Origin: Chloroflexota bacterium
GTDB taxonomy: Bacteria > Chloroflexota > Dehalococcoidia > GIF9 > AB-539-J10
Length of the DNA stretch: 31,477 bases
Direction: 5' to 3'
Assembly (NCBI GenBank): GCA_034190625.1
Contig: JAXHSX010000039.1
Coordinates: 1 to 31,477, forward strand
A model generated the notes under the pieces. The model was not told the origin of the DNA and ran no database searches. It saw nothing but the letters and a program-made list of their open reading frames with translations. Positions 16,770-25,507 of the stretch are shown here, one piece after another. Every line of letters starts with the position of its first letter. The first letter of the stretch is position 1. Both the position numbers and the translations under genes were made by a program.

Positions 16770-18242
16770 TTAAAACTCACGAAGATTCCTGCTTAGCCTC
16801 CGAAGTTCATTTCCCTGGTAATCACGGATGAGTACCTCTAAAGGCATCTGTCCGGGTAGCGTGTGCGTGCCACAGGCCATGCAAGGATCATAGGCTCTGA
16901 ATGCCATCTCAACCATATTGAGAAGACCGTCAGAGACCTCGCCTTTGTGTATCAGTGACTTAGCTGCTTTCTCGACTGACATAGCAATTGGAGCCATATT
17001 GTTTGTCGTGGCCACAATTAAGTTGACCTTGGTAAGAATCCCTCGCTCATCGGTTTGATAGTGATGAAAAAGAGTCCCTCTTGGTGCTTCTACTACCCCG
17101 ATGCCCTCTCTGGGAGTTTCAGTTGGCAGATTTACAGTATCAGGAGAGGTAAGTTCTGGGTCATGAGAAAGCTCCACTACCCGTTCTGAAGCACAAAGCG
17201 CCTCAATGAGTCGAGCCCAGTGGAAAGCCAGGGTATTGTGAACCGGTTTTCCACCTAATGTTGCGTACATCTTTTCATAGGCTTCTTGGGCTAGCGGGGT
17301 GGCCATCCCATCGGATGCATTAAGTCGAGCTAATGGTGCTACCCGGTAAATGCCGCTATCTTCCCCGTCAGTAAACCCCTTCCAACCGACATTTTTTAGA
17401 TAGCAGAACTTCATATAACTCCAGGGCTCAACATGTTCCCTGACGTGATCCAGATATTCTTGGGGCCTGAACTTGGCAAACTCCTTACCATTGGGGTCAA
17501 CCACTCTAATCATGCCATCATAGAAGTTTACCTTATTGTTCTCATCTACCAGCCCCATATAATAAGTCCTGTGCTTAAAGACATCTCCAACGATAAGGTC
17601 GACGTAATCCTTATTTTTCAGTACAATGTCATCAAAAGCACTCAGGGCAAACTGGCAGAAATCCACGGCATATTTCCCTGCCTCTATAATCTCTTTCCTT
17701 TCCTCCTCGCTGATTGCTTTTGACACTCCTCCAGGTAGACCCATACTAGGATGGACAGGCTTGCCTCCGATTATTCTTAAAACATTCCTCAGCCTCTTCC
17801 TCATCTCTATTACTTTCCCGCCAGCTTCCAGCCCAACTTTGCCAATCACTCCCAGGATGTTTCTTTCTGCGGCGGGTGCCGTTGGGCCAACAATGAAATC
17901 GGGACCTCCGAGGAAGAAGAAATGCAATATATGGTCTTCAGCCGTGAAAGCATTGTACATCAATCTTCTTATTTTCTTCGCTGTCGAAGTTGGCTCAACC
18001 TTCCAAAGGTCATCCAGGGTTTTAGTCGACGCCATGTGGTGAGCGGTAGGACACACTCCACAAATCATGGTTGTTATTCTTGGCATCTCCTCTGCTGGCC
18101 TTCCTATACAAAATTCCTCGAAGCCTCGAAGCTCGGGGATTTGAAGGTAAGCCCTGTCAACGTCTCCGTCATCATTGAGAAAGATTTCTATCTTTCCATG
18201 TCCTTCCAGTCTGGTTATTGGGTCTATCGTTATTTTTTTCAT
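16770..18242 (-). CDS. mvhA: Group 3c [NiFe] hydrogenase large subunit (about 490 aa)
   Basis: IDPITRLEGHGKI, ELRGFE, L1 MICGVCPTAH, EAPRG, L2 DPCMACGTH plus extension. Start trimmed to ATG 18242 (AGGAGG RBS). Confidence 0.95.
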   Translation of the reverse strand: MKKITIDPITRLEGHGKIEIFLNDDGDVDRAYLQIPELRGFEEFCIGRPAEEMPRITTMICGVCPTAHHMASTKTLDDLWKVEPTSTAKKIRRLMYNAFTAEDHILHFFFLGGPDFIVGPTAPAAERNILGVIGKVGLEAGGKVIEMRKRLRNVLRIIGGKPVHPSMGLPGGVSKAISEEERKEIIEAGKYAVDFCQFALSAFDDIVLKNKDYVDLIVGDVFKHRTYYMGLVDENNKVNFYDGMIRVVDPNGKEFAKFRPQEYLDHVREHVEPWSYMKFCYLKNVGWKGFTDGEDSGIYRVAPLARLNASDGMATPLAQEAYEKMYATLGGKPVHNTLAFHWARLIEALCASERVVELSHDPELTSPDTVNLPTETPREGIGVVEAPRGTLFHHYQTDERGILTKVNLIVATTNNMAPIAMSVEKAAKSLIHKGEVSDGLLNMVEMAFRAYDPCMACGTHTLPGQMPLEVLIRDYQGNELRRLSRNLREF

Positions 18243-18243
18243 T

Positions 18244-19236
18244 CTATCCTCCTGTGTATTCCATCCTCTTTCTTGTAAGCAGGGAGGATGGCAAACTAAA
18301 TCTGTAGAATGTTCCCGCGGGGTCTGCGATTTGATCAATTAGTTTCTGGCTATCTTCCTCTGTCATTTTCTCTTCACCTTCAAGTCCTAATATAGAGGCG
18401 ATTGCTGAAAGCGCTCTTGCTCCTTGGTCAATAACACCATCTATAGGACCAAAACAACCCCTGCATGGCATGTTAGCCCTAATGCATGTTTCTCCGCATC
18501 CTGAACGAGTGGCTGGCCCAAGACAAATTAGCCCTTGCACCAGGAAGCATTTCTCAGGGTCGATTTTAATCTCCCAGGGTCTCTTTATCTCTGCCATTGA
18601 TAGCTTCTCTGGTTTTGTATCTGCTCTTGGGCAAGTATCGCATTGCGCTTTGTTAGGAGCAAGGACTGTCCCCTTATCTGGTAGTTGCCCTGTGAGTATG
18701 GCATTTATGGCATTCATTATTAAATCAGGCGGTGGTGGACATCCCGGAAGGTAATAATCCACAGGGATAGTTTGATTTAATGTCTTTACCGTGTTATATA
18801 ATTCGGGCAGGGTGAGTACACCAATTCCGATGTCTGTCTTCTCCTGTGGAACTGTTCCCTCTGGATTTTCGGTGGACGGGGTCTCCTTATACGCCGTCTG
18901 GAAGATTGTCTCCCTGGTACAGAAATTCCCTAGGCCAGGTATCCCTCCCAGATGGGCACAAGACCCAAAGGCAACTACAAGACCAGATTTTTCCCTAAGT
19001 AATTTTACCATCTCTTCTTGCTCCTCTGTCCGCACAGCACCGTTTATGAAGCTCACTGCGATTTCTCCATCGCTTAAAGCCTCAACATCCTTCCTTCTAA
19101 AATCCAACGCAACTGGCCATAAGACAATATCCACAGCGTCTGTCACTTTTAATATATCTTCATTAAGATCTACCACTGCCTCTTCACATCCACCACACGA
19201 AGCACACCAATAAAAAGCAACCTTTGGTTTAGCCAT
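18244..19236 (-). CDS. mvhG: Group 3c [NiFe] hydrogenase small subunit (about 330 aa)
   Basis: WCASCGGCE, GSCAHLGG, PGCPP, CDTC, CFLVQGLICLGP, CRGCFGP. Start trimmed to ATG 19236. Confidence 0.95.
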   Translation of the reverse strand: MAKPKVAFYWCASCGGCEEAVVDLNEDILKVTDAVDIVLWPVALDFRRKDVEALSDGEIAVSFINGAVRTEEQEEMVKLLREKSGLVVAFGSCAHLGGIPGLGNFCTRETIFQTAYKETPSTENPEGTVPQEKTDIGIGVLTLPELYNTVKTLNQTIPVDYYLPGCPPPPDLIMNAINAILTGQLPDKGTVLAPNKAQCDTCPRADTKPEKLSMAEIKRPWEIKIDPEKCFLVQGLICLGPATRSGCGETCIRANMPCRGCFGPIDGVIDQGARALSAIASILGLEGEEKMTEEDSQKLIDQIADPAGTFYRFSLPSSLLTRKRMEYTGG

Positions 19237-19295
19237 GTTCACTCTCCTTATTTAACCTTTTCATGTATTATAACTTCCATCTATTACTAAATTAT

Positions 19296-19715
19296 TTATT
19301 GTTGCTTTCTAAACGGACCTGGCCCAAGTTCCTTTACCGTTTTGGTGAAATCGGTAACCACCTCGGCAAACCTTGCTCCTTCAGAAGCGGAAACCCACTC
19401 CAGCCGAATTCTTTCACTCTCTATCCCAAATTGGCTCAACATTTTCTTGAGTAATGGGATACGTCGTGCTGCTTTATAATTACCTGCAATATAATGACAA
19501 TCGCCAGGATGGCAACCGGTAATGAGAACTCCATCAGCTCCCGCTTCAATAGCTTTGAGTATGAAAGTAGGATCAACCCTGCCACTGCACATCACCCTAA
19601 TTATTTTTATATTGGAGGGGTATTGGAATCGTGAGACACCAGCGAGGTCCGCGCCAGCATAAGAACACCAGTTACAACAAATTCCGACGATTTTTGGCTC
19701 AAATCCATTATCCAT
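19296..19715 (-). CDS. mvhD: MvhD/FlpD [2Fe-2S] subunit (about 139 aa)
   Basis: [38 protein letters not shown]. Start trimmed to 19715; 19718 is an alternative. Confidence 0.95.
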   Translation of the reverse strand: MDNGFEPKIVGICCNWCSYAGADLAGVSRFQYPSNIKIIRVMCSGRVDPTFILKAIEAGADGVLITGCHPGDCHYIAGNYKAARRIPLLKKMLSQFGIESERIRLEWVSASEGARFAEVVTDFTKTVKELGPGPFRKQQ

Positions 19716-19762
19716 CATAATTCCTTTCAATTTTAAATTATCCCACATTTTATTATTAGCAG

Positions 19763-20128
19763 CTAGATGTCCAGAGATTTCGTACGCTTTACACATGGAC
19801 TCTCCCGCACTGTAGTCTTCAGTCGCTCTTTGTCGCTGTTACTAACTGCATTACCTTCAAGGGCGGTTTGAATAAGCTGTCGGAAACAACTATAGGATTT
19901 CCCTATACGTTCATCGTCAATTGAATATAGCACCCAGAGGCCGTCACGCTTTGCTTTTAAAAAACCTGTATTGCATAGGGCGGTCAATCCACGAGAAGCG
20001 CGAGTATGGGGTATCATCATCGCTTGAGCTATTTCGCAGACACTGCATTCTCGTTCCAGAACCAAGTTTGCAATCCTGAGCCTCGTTTCATCTGAGAGGG
20101 CTTTAAATAAATTCAATGCACTTTGCAT
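19763..20128 (-). CDS. ArsR/SmtB-family transcriptional regulator (about 121 aa)
   Basis: [30 protein letters not shown]; ATG 20128 with AAGGCGG RBS. Confidence 0.9.
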   Translation of the reverse strand: MQSALNLFKALSDETRLRIANLVLERECSVCEIAQAMMIPHTRASRGLTALCNTGFLKAKRDGLWVLYSIDDERIGKSYSCFRQLIQTALEGNAVSNSDKERLKTTVRESPCVKRTKSLDI

Positions 20129-20140
20129 GTGAACCGCCTT

Positions 20141-20180
20141 TAAACTGTATGCATATATGAGCAACCATGCATACAGTTTA
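20141..20180. promoter_or_regulatory. Perfect 14-bp inverted repeat, candidate ArsR operator
   Basis: TAAACTGTATGCAT-N12-ATGCATACAGTTTA, overlapping the -10 region and leader of arsR. Confidence 0.75.
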
Positions 20181-20204
20181 TACCGAGATAATTCTTTTTG
20201 TCAA
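20175..20204 (-). promoter_or_regulatory. Sigma70-type promoter of the arsR-mvh operon
   Basis: TTGACA (20204-20199) with -10 TATAAA (16-bp spacer) or TAAACT (18-bp spacer). Confidence 0.7.
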
Positions 20205-20223
20205 GGCAGTTTTGTAGCTAATT

Positions 20224-20247
20224 AAAAAAAAGTAGGTTTCTCTACCC
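20224..20247 (-). terminator. Weak candidate intrinsic terminator after metV
   Basis: Minus strand GGGTAG-AGAAAC-CTAC followed by T8; only 4 Watson-Crick pairs plus 2 G-U pairs. Confidence 0.3.
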
Positions 20248-20409
20248 TAAAAAATAAGTTATTTTTAACTTCATATGGTCCCAGATAACGCATAAGGTAT
20301 CTTAATCATTGTAAAAAATGATATTGAATTAAAGCTAGACGCATAATTTGGGATGATGAAGCACAATTAGCGGTATTCTGTGTATAACAATTTTCTCCCC
20401 GCTGGAGCT

Positions 20410-21057
20410 TCATTCTTTGACTATTCCGGGTCTAGCCACCTGCGCAAAATTCCTGGGAGGCTGAATTTCCTCTAAGACGGACAATCTGCCTAGTTTCTCC
20501 AGGCGTTTAATAATCAGATCCCAGGCACAGTCTTTTTCAGGATCGATCTCGCACTTACCGTATTGTGAGCCACCACAGGGGCCGTTAAGCAGAGATTTGG
20601 CGCATCTGGCAATAGGGCAAATACCGCCGGTTAAAGCTAACATACAATCTCCGCAGGCAGCGCATCTTTCCTCGAGAGTGCTATCCTCTCTGATCTCCGA
20701 CCCGATAAAGAGAGTGTTTTGAGCGGGAAAGGCAGGTAGATCGGGTAGGACTTGAGATATAGTTTGTACGCCCAGGCCACAAGCTAACGATAAGATAGCT
20801 TCCATACCCTCTGTTTGAGGCTGAAGTGAAGTAATGGTCAGGTAAGAATCGCATTGTTTAGGCAATGTAATAGCCCTAAACTTGAAATTCTTGCCTCTTA
20901 ACTTTCCGCCAAGATCAAGCAATTGAGCCAAGGTTTTAGCCTCCCTCAAGCCTCGTGGTGGCTGGGTACAGCCATCGCAGCCTGCGATTATGATGGAATT
21001 GTAAGGGGATAGGAAATCCAAAATTTCATCTAAAGGTTTTTGACTTGTTATTATCAC
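20410..21057 (-). CDS. metV: MetV-like methylenetetrahydrofolate reductase Fe-S/Zn subunit (215 aa)
   Basis: GCDGC, KQCD, LACGLGVQ, CAACGDCML..GGICPIARCAKSLLNGPCGG..GKCE..DCAW. Confidence 0.88.
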   Translation of the reverse strand: MIITSQKPLDEILDFLSPYNSIIIAGCDGCTQPPRGLREAKTLAQLLDLGGKLRGKNFKFRAITLPKQCDSYLTITSLQPQTEGMEAILSLACGLGVQTISQVLPDLPAFPAQNTLFIGSEIREDSTLEERCAACGDCMLALTGGICPIARCAKSLLNGPCGGSQYGKCEIDPEKDCAWDLIIKRLEKLGRLSVLEEIQPPRNFAQVARPGIVKE

Positions 21058-21070
21058 TGCCTGGTCTCCT
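20848..21070. repeat. Direct repeat copy B (223 bp)
   Basis: About 95% identical to 13486..13708; covers the RBS and 5' end of metV. Confidence 0.95.
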
Positions 21071-21094
21071 TTATCTTATAATGATAGGGCTCGA

Positions 21095-22774
21095 CTACGC
21101 GATGACTGCCTCCAGTTGCGCCATAATCTGCTGATTTGTGAAATGATTCATGGTGATGGCTCCAGAGGGACAGGCAGCGCCACAAGTGCCGCAACCCTTG
21201 CATTGAGCTACAGTGACCTGAGCTACTCTTTCTCCATTTTGGGGTATAAGTTGCATGGCTCCAAATGGACAAAGGGAAGCACATGTGCCACATCCTGAGC
21301 ACATATCCGCATTAACCGAGGAAGTTATGGCCTCAGGCCATACATAGCCCATTTTCAATGGCCCCGCTGCCTTTGCAGCGGCAGCATAAGCTTGAGAAAT
21401 TCCTTCGACCGTATCTGTAGGCCAGCGTGCTGAACCACAAAGGTAAATACCGTCCATGGCAAATTCCACCGGGCGAAGCTTCAGATGTGCTTCCAGTAAG
21501 AAACCAAACTCATCCAATGAGCACTTAAGCATCTGGGAAATTTCCTGGTTATCCTCATAGGGGATAAGCGGTGTAGTGAGAACAAGCGTATCACAGGCAA
21601 GCTCTATTTCCTCTCCTCGTAGCACATGGTACATATTTATCTTCTCGGCTTTACCTTCTCCGATGACTTGAGGAGGTCTGTCCAAGCTATATCTGATGAA
21701 TCTGACTCCTAGCTCCATAGATCTTCGATAATAATTCTCGAAATCTTCACCATACGCCATAATGTCTCGATGCAATATCCAGACCTTTGACTGAGGGTTT
21801 GCTTCTTTAATAAGGGAAGCGTTTTTAAGTGCAGTCATACAGCAAATTCTGCTGCAATAAGTTCTCTCCGGAACTCGAGCTCCTACACAATTGATCATGA
21901 CGATGTTTTGCCCTACAGATTCCCCCTTCTTCAACCGCTCCTCTAACTCGAGTTGTGTGATGACATTGGGCATTTCACCATAGCCATATTGACCGACAGG
22001 TTTTAACTTATCAGCACCGATTGCCACTATGATAGTACCTACATTGAATCCGTTCTCTTTTCCAGCTTGGTCCACAACGATATCGAAATTACCTATGAAT
22101 CCGCCGACTTCCTTCACTCTAGTTGAAAGATGAGTCTCGATCTTGGGATGACTGTCAATTTTCTTAATAAGAGGATCGATTATCTTTGCTGCTTCTACAT
22201 TACTGGTGAAAAGTTTATACAGACTGCGGAGAGTTCCCCCGAGTTCTCCTTCTCTTTCTACTAGGTGAACTTGGAAACCCTGGTTGGCTAGAGTTAGAGC
22301 TGCCTCCATTCCTACAATTCCGCCACCTATTACTAAGGTAGAAGGATTGACTGGAATCTCAATTTCCTCTAGCGGCTGCAGCAATCTGGCCTTGGCTGCT
22401 CCCATCCTAATGAGGTCTTTAGCTTTTTCAGTAGCCTTCACCGTATCATCCATATGAACCCAGGAGCACTGGTCTCTTATGTTAACAAACTCGAAAAGAT
22501 ATTTATTCAGGCCGACGGACTCACATGCAGACCTGAAAAGTGGCTCATGTGTTCTAGGTGTGCAAGAAGCTACTATGACGCGGTTAAGATTATGCTCCTG
22601 AATGCCCTTCTTAATCGCTGATATTCCCTCTTCAGAGCAAGTATAGATATTGCGCTCAGCGTGCACAACGTGAGGCAACCCCTTGGCATATTCTACTAGT
22701 TCAGAAACATCCACATATGCTGCTATATTCCTGCCACAATGGCATATGAAGATGCCAATACGCGGCTCTTCCAT
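21095..22774 (-). CDS. hdrA: HdrA-like subunit (QmoB-like layout, no MvhD fusion, no inserted ferredoxin; 559 aa)
   Basis: FICHCG, ASCTPRTHE, NIRDQCSWVH, GGGIVG, LELEE, CSRICCMTALK, C-terminal 2x[4Fe-4S]. Confidence 0.9.
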   Translation of the reverse strand: MEEPRIGIFICHCGRNIAAYVDVSELVEYAKGLPHVVHAERNIYTCSEEGISAIKKGIQEHNLNRVIVASCTPRTHEPLFRSACESVGLNKYLFEFVNIRDQCSWVHMDDTVKATEKAKDLIRMGAAKARLLQPLEEIEIPVNPSTLVIGGGIVGMEAALTLANQGFQVHLVEREGELGGTLRSLYKLFTSNVEAAKIIDPLIKKIDSHPKIETHLSTRVKEVGGFIGNFDIVVDQAGKENGFNVGTIIVAIGADKLKPVGQYGYGEMPNVITQLELEERLKKGESVGQNIVMINCVGARVPERTYCSRICCMTALKNASLIKEANPQSKVWILHRDIMAYGEDFENYYRRSMELGVRFIRYSLDRPPQVIGEGKAEKINMYHVLRGEEIELACDTLVLTTPLIPYEDNQEISQMLKCSLDEFGFLLEAHLKLRPVEFAMDGIYLCGSARWPTDTVEGISQAYAAAAKAAGPLKMGYVWPEAITSSVNADMCSGCGTCASLCPFGAMQLIPQNGERVAQVTVAQCKGCGTCGAACPSGAITMNHFTNQQIMAQLEAVIA

Positions 22775-22775
22775 T

Positions 22776-25505
22776 TTAACTACCTCCTGTTAGCGCCTCA
22801 GCAGCTCTACCTGCTGCTCCTGAAGCTTGGGTTACTGAGTCCGGGATGTCCCGCGGACTGTGGACATAGCCGCAAGCAAAGATGCCAGGCTTCGTAGTAT
22901 CTAAGGGTTGTGACAAGTTATCTGGGATCTTCACAAAACCATTTTCATCTAACTCTATACCTAGTATTTTTGCTAGCTCCTTATTGATTTGAGGAATCAT
23001 CGCTTGAGCAAGAACCACTATTTCTGCCTCAAATTTCTTTATTTCACTAGTAGTGGTATCTTCGTACCAGATAATAGGGTTATCATTCTCGGGGTTAACT
23101 TCGATCCTGCCGGGGCGACCTCTGATATAAGCCACATTGTAGTCTTTTTTAGCTCTAGCGATATACTCCTGGAACCTTTTGCCTACAGCTCTCATATCCA
23201 TATAGAAGACAGTAGACTTCGTCCCGGGTTCATGCTCGTATGCCATCATTGCCTCTTTGGTAGCATGCATACAACAGACGCTAGAACAATATGGTTGATA
23301 CCTGAAATCGCGGGAGCCGACGCATTGAATGAAAGCTATATTATGAGGGATTTTCCCGTCAGATGGCCTATCAAGCGATCCCACAGTAGGTCCAGATGCT
23401 GCGGTTAGTCTCTCATATTCTATGGCTGTAATAACGTTCTTTATCTTTCCATAGCCATACTCTTCAAGCCCTGAGATGTCGTAGAAATCCAAGCCAGTAG
23501 CGACAATAATCGCACCTACATTGATTTTAATATCCTTACCTTTCATTGTGTATACTATGGCATTCGCATCGCATCGTCGTTCACACTCATGGCATTCGAT
23601 GCACCCTTCTATTTGTCCTGCAAGGCAACGTGAAGCTTCCTCTACAGCTTCTTCCAGAGAATATCCCGGAGCTGCTTCACGGAAATCCTTTACCCTCTGT
23701 GCGACAGGTTCCTCTCGCATCTTTATTCTCTTTGCAGCAGGAAAGCGTTTCTTACGGTCATCCATTTCTTTCTCAGAGAATTTCTCCGGTTCTTTCTCTT
23801 CCACCGCAACCTCGATCGATTCCCCCTTAAGGTATCTGTCGATTGAACGAGCAGCTGTTTTGCCTGCTGCTACGGCATTTATTACGAAAGCGGGGCCAGT
23901 GACTACATCACCGCCGGAAAACACTCCCTCGATGTTTGTTGCCCCAGTCTTGGTATCAATTTCTACCGTGCCCTTCTTAGAAAGCGAGACTTCCAGTTCT
24001 TTGACGAACTCTGTCTCAGTAGCCTGTCCTAGGGCAGCAATAACCGTATCCATTGGAATAGTGAACTCGGAATCTTTGATAGGGACAGGTCGAGGACGAC
24101 CGCTAGCATCTGGTTCCCCTAATTGCATTTTTATACACTCGATCTTGGCAAGCTTTTCATTCTGGGACAAGAAGCGTGTTGGGTTAGTCAGGAATTCGAT
24201 TTTTATTCCCTCTTCCTCTGCTGCTGCTATTTCTTCCTCAGCCGCTGGCATCTCAGTACGGGAACGACGATAGATAATAGTTGCATCTTCTGCTCCAAGG
24301 CGTCTCGCCGTGCGGGCACAATCAATAGCTGTATTACCTCCACCGATTACTGCTACTTTCTTTCCTATCTCTACCTTTGTCCCCAGGTTTACATCACGGA
24401 GGAATCTTACTCCCTCTATAACTCCCGGAGTCTCTTCGCCCTCTACTCCAAGCTTCATGCCACCGTGTGCCCCAATACCGATAAAAATGGCATCGTAATC
24501 TTTTCTCAATTCCTGTAGGGTAATGTCTTTGCCAACCTGGATGCCTGTTTTTATCTCTACACCAAGCTTTTGGATATAATTTATTTCCTTACGCAAAATT
24601 TGCTTGGGCAGGCGATATTCGGGAATGCCAACACGAAGCATGCCCCCGGGTTCAGGGAGGGCTTCGAAGACAGTCACATTATGACCCTTTAAAGCAAGAT
24701 CATTGGCAGCAGTAAGGCCAGCGGGACCAGCACCCACGATTACTACTTTTTTATCCGTTTTTACAATAGTTGGGACTTCAAGTTCCACGATGTTCCACTG
24801 CTCCGCGGGAACTCTCTTGAGGTCACGAATAGCCATAGATTCATCGATTTGACCCCGGTTACAAGCTTGCTCACAAGGGGCGTAGCAAACCCGGCCGACG
24901 GAGGCAGGGAAAGGGTTTGTTTCCCTTATGAGTTTATAAGCCTCTTTAAACTGACCTTCTGCAATGAGTTTAATATATCCAGGCACATTAGTATGAGCAG
25001 GACAAGCGTCCATACAAGCTGCTTTGCAAGGACGGTCTTCCCTTTTGTCGATTACGCATTTCTTGGGAACAGCCTGAGGGTAGAGCATAAAGATGGCTTT
25101 TCTTTTTCCTAGTCCTCGATTGAATTCATCCGGTATTACGACAGGGCATCCTTCCGTGCAAAGACCGCAGCCAGTGCATTTATCCCAATCAACGTATGTT
25201 GCCTTCTTTTCAACCTTAACCTGGAAATTTCCAACCTCTCCCGATACCTCTTTGAGCTCAGAATAGGTCAGAAGTTCAATATTAGAATGCTGGCTTGCCT
25301 CTATCATTTTAGGGGCCAGAATACACATAGCGCAATCATTAGTGGGAAAGGTTTTGTCCAGCTGTGACATTCTTCCCCCGATGCTGGGCGTCTTTTCTAC
25401 TAAATAGACTTTAAAGCCCATATTAGCCAAATCAAGAGAGGCTTGAATCCCAGCTATTCCACCACCAACCACTAGTATTGAGTTATGTCCATTTTCTCCG
25501 TTCAT
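22776..25505 (-). CDS. hdrA: HdrL-like protein (HdrA FAD core with inserted ferredoxin and GltD-like module, lacking the HdrA N- and C-terminal domains; 909 aa)
   Basis: Begins VVGGGIAG; LDKTFPTNDC; CTGCGLC..CP, then the GltD module (GAGPAG, GGGNTA, YRRS), then CIECHECERRC; CSSVCCMHATK; ends GRAAEAL. Confidence 0.9.
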   Translation of the reverse strand: MNGENGHNSILVVGGGIAGIQASLDLANMGFKVYLVEKTPSIGGRMSQLDKTFPTNDCAMCILAPKMIEASQHSNIELLTYSELKEVSGEVGNFQVKVEKKATYVDWDKCTGCGLCTEGCPVVIPDEFNRGLGKRKAIFMLYPQAVPKKCVIDKREDRPCKAACMDACPAHTNVPGYIKLIAEGQFKEAYKLIRETNPFPASVGRVCYAPCEQACNRGQIDESMAIRDLKRVPAEQWNIVELEVPTIVKTDKKVVIVGAGPAGLTAANDLALKGHNVTVFEALPEPGGMLRVGIPEYRLPKQILRKEINYIQKLGVEIKTGIQVGKDITLQELRKDYDAIFIGIGAHGGMKLGVEGEETPGVIEGVRFLRDVNLGTKVEIGKKVAVIGGGNTAIDCARTARRLGAEDATIIYRRSRTEMPAAEEEIAAAEEEGIKIEFLTNPTRFLSQNEKLAKIECIKMQLGEPDASGRPRPVPIKDSEFTIPMDTVIAALGQATETEFVKELEVSLSKKGTVEIDTKTGATNIEGVFSGGDVVTGPAFVINAVAAGKTAARSIDRYLKGESIEVAVEEKEPEKFSEKEMDDRKKRFPAAKRIKMREEPVAQRVKDFREAAPGYSLEEAVEEASRCLAGQIEGCIECHECERRCDANAIVYTMKGKDIKINVGAIIVATGLDFYDISGLEEYGYGKIKNVITAIEYERLTAASGPTVGSLDRPSDGKIPHNIAFIQCVGSRDFRYQPYCSSVCCMHATKEAMMAYEHEPGTKSTVFYMDMRAVGKRFQEYIARAKKDYNVAYIRGRPGRIEVNPENDNPIIWYEDTTTSEIKKFEAEIVVLAQAMIPQINKELAKILGIELDENGFVKIPDNLSQPLDTTKPGIFACGYVHSPRDIPDSVTQASGAAGRAAEALTGGS

Positions 25506-25507
25506 TA

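Noticed and set aside
19267-19272. TATAAT upstream of mvhG as an internal promoter
   Set aside because: No -35 element at a proper spacing, in an AT-rich gap.
21054-21302. 82-aa minus-strand ORF ending ETRQ, like the 388-aa protein
   Set aside because: It is an alternative frame inside hdrA'. Only the last few codons match, because they lie in the 223-bp repeat.
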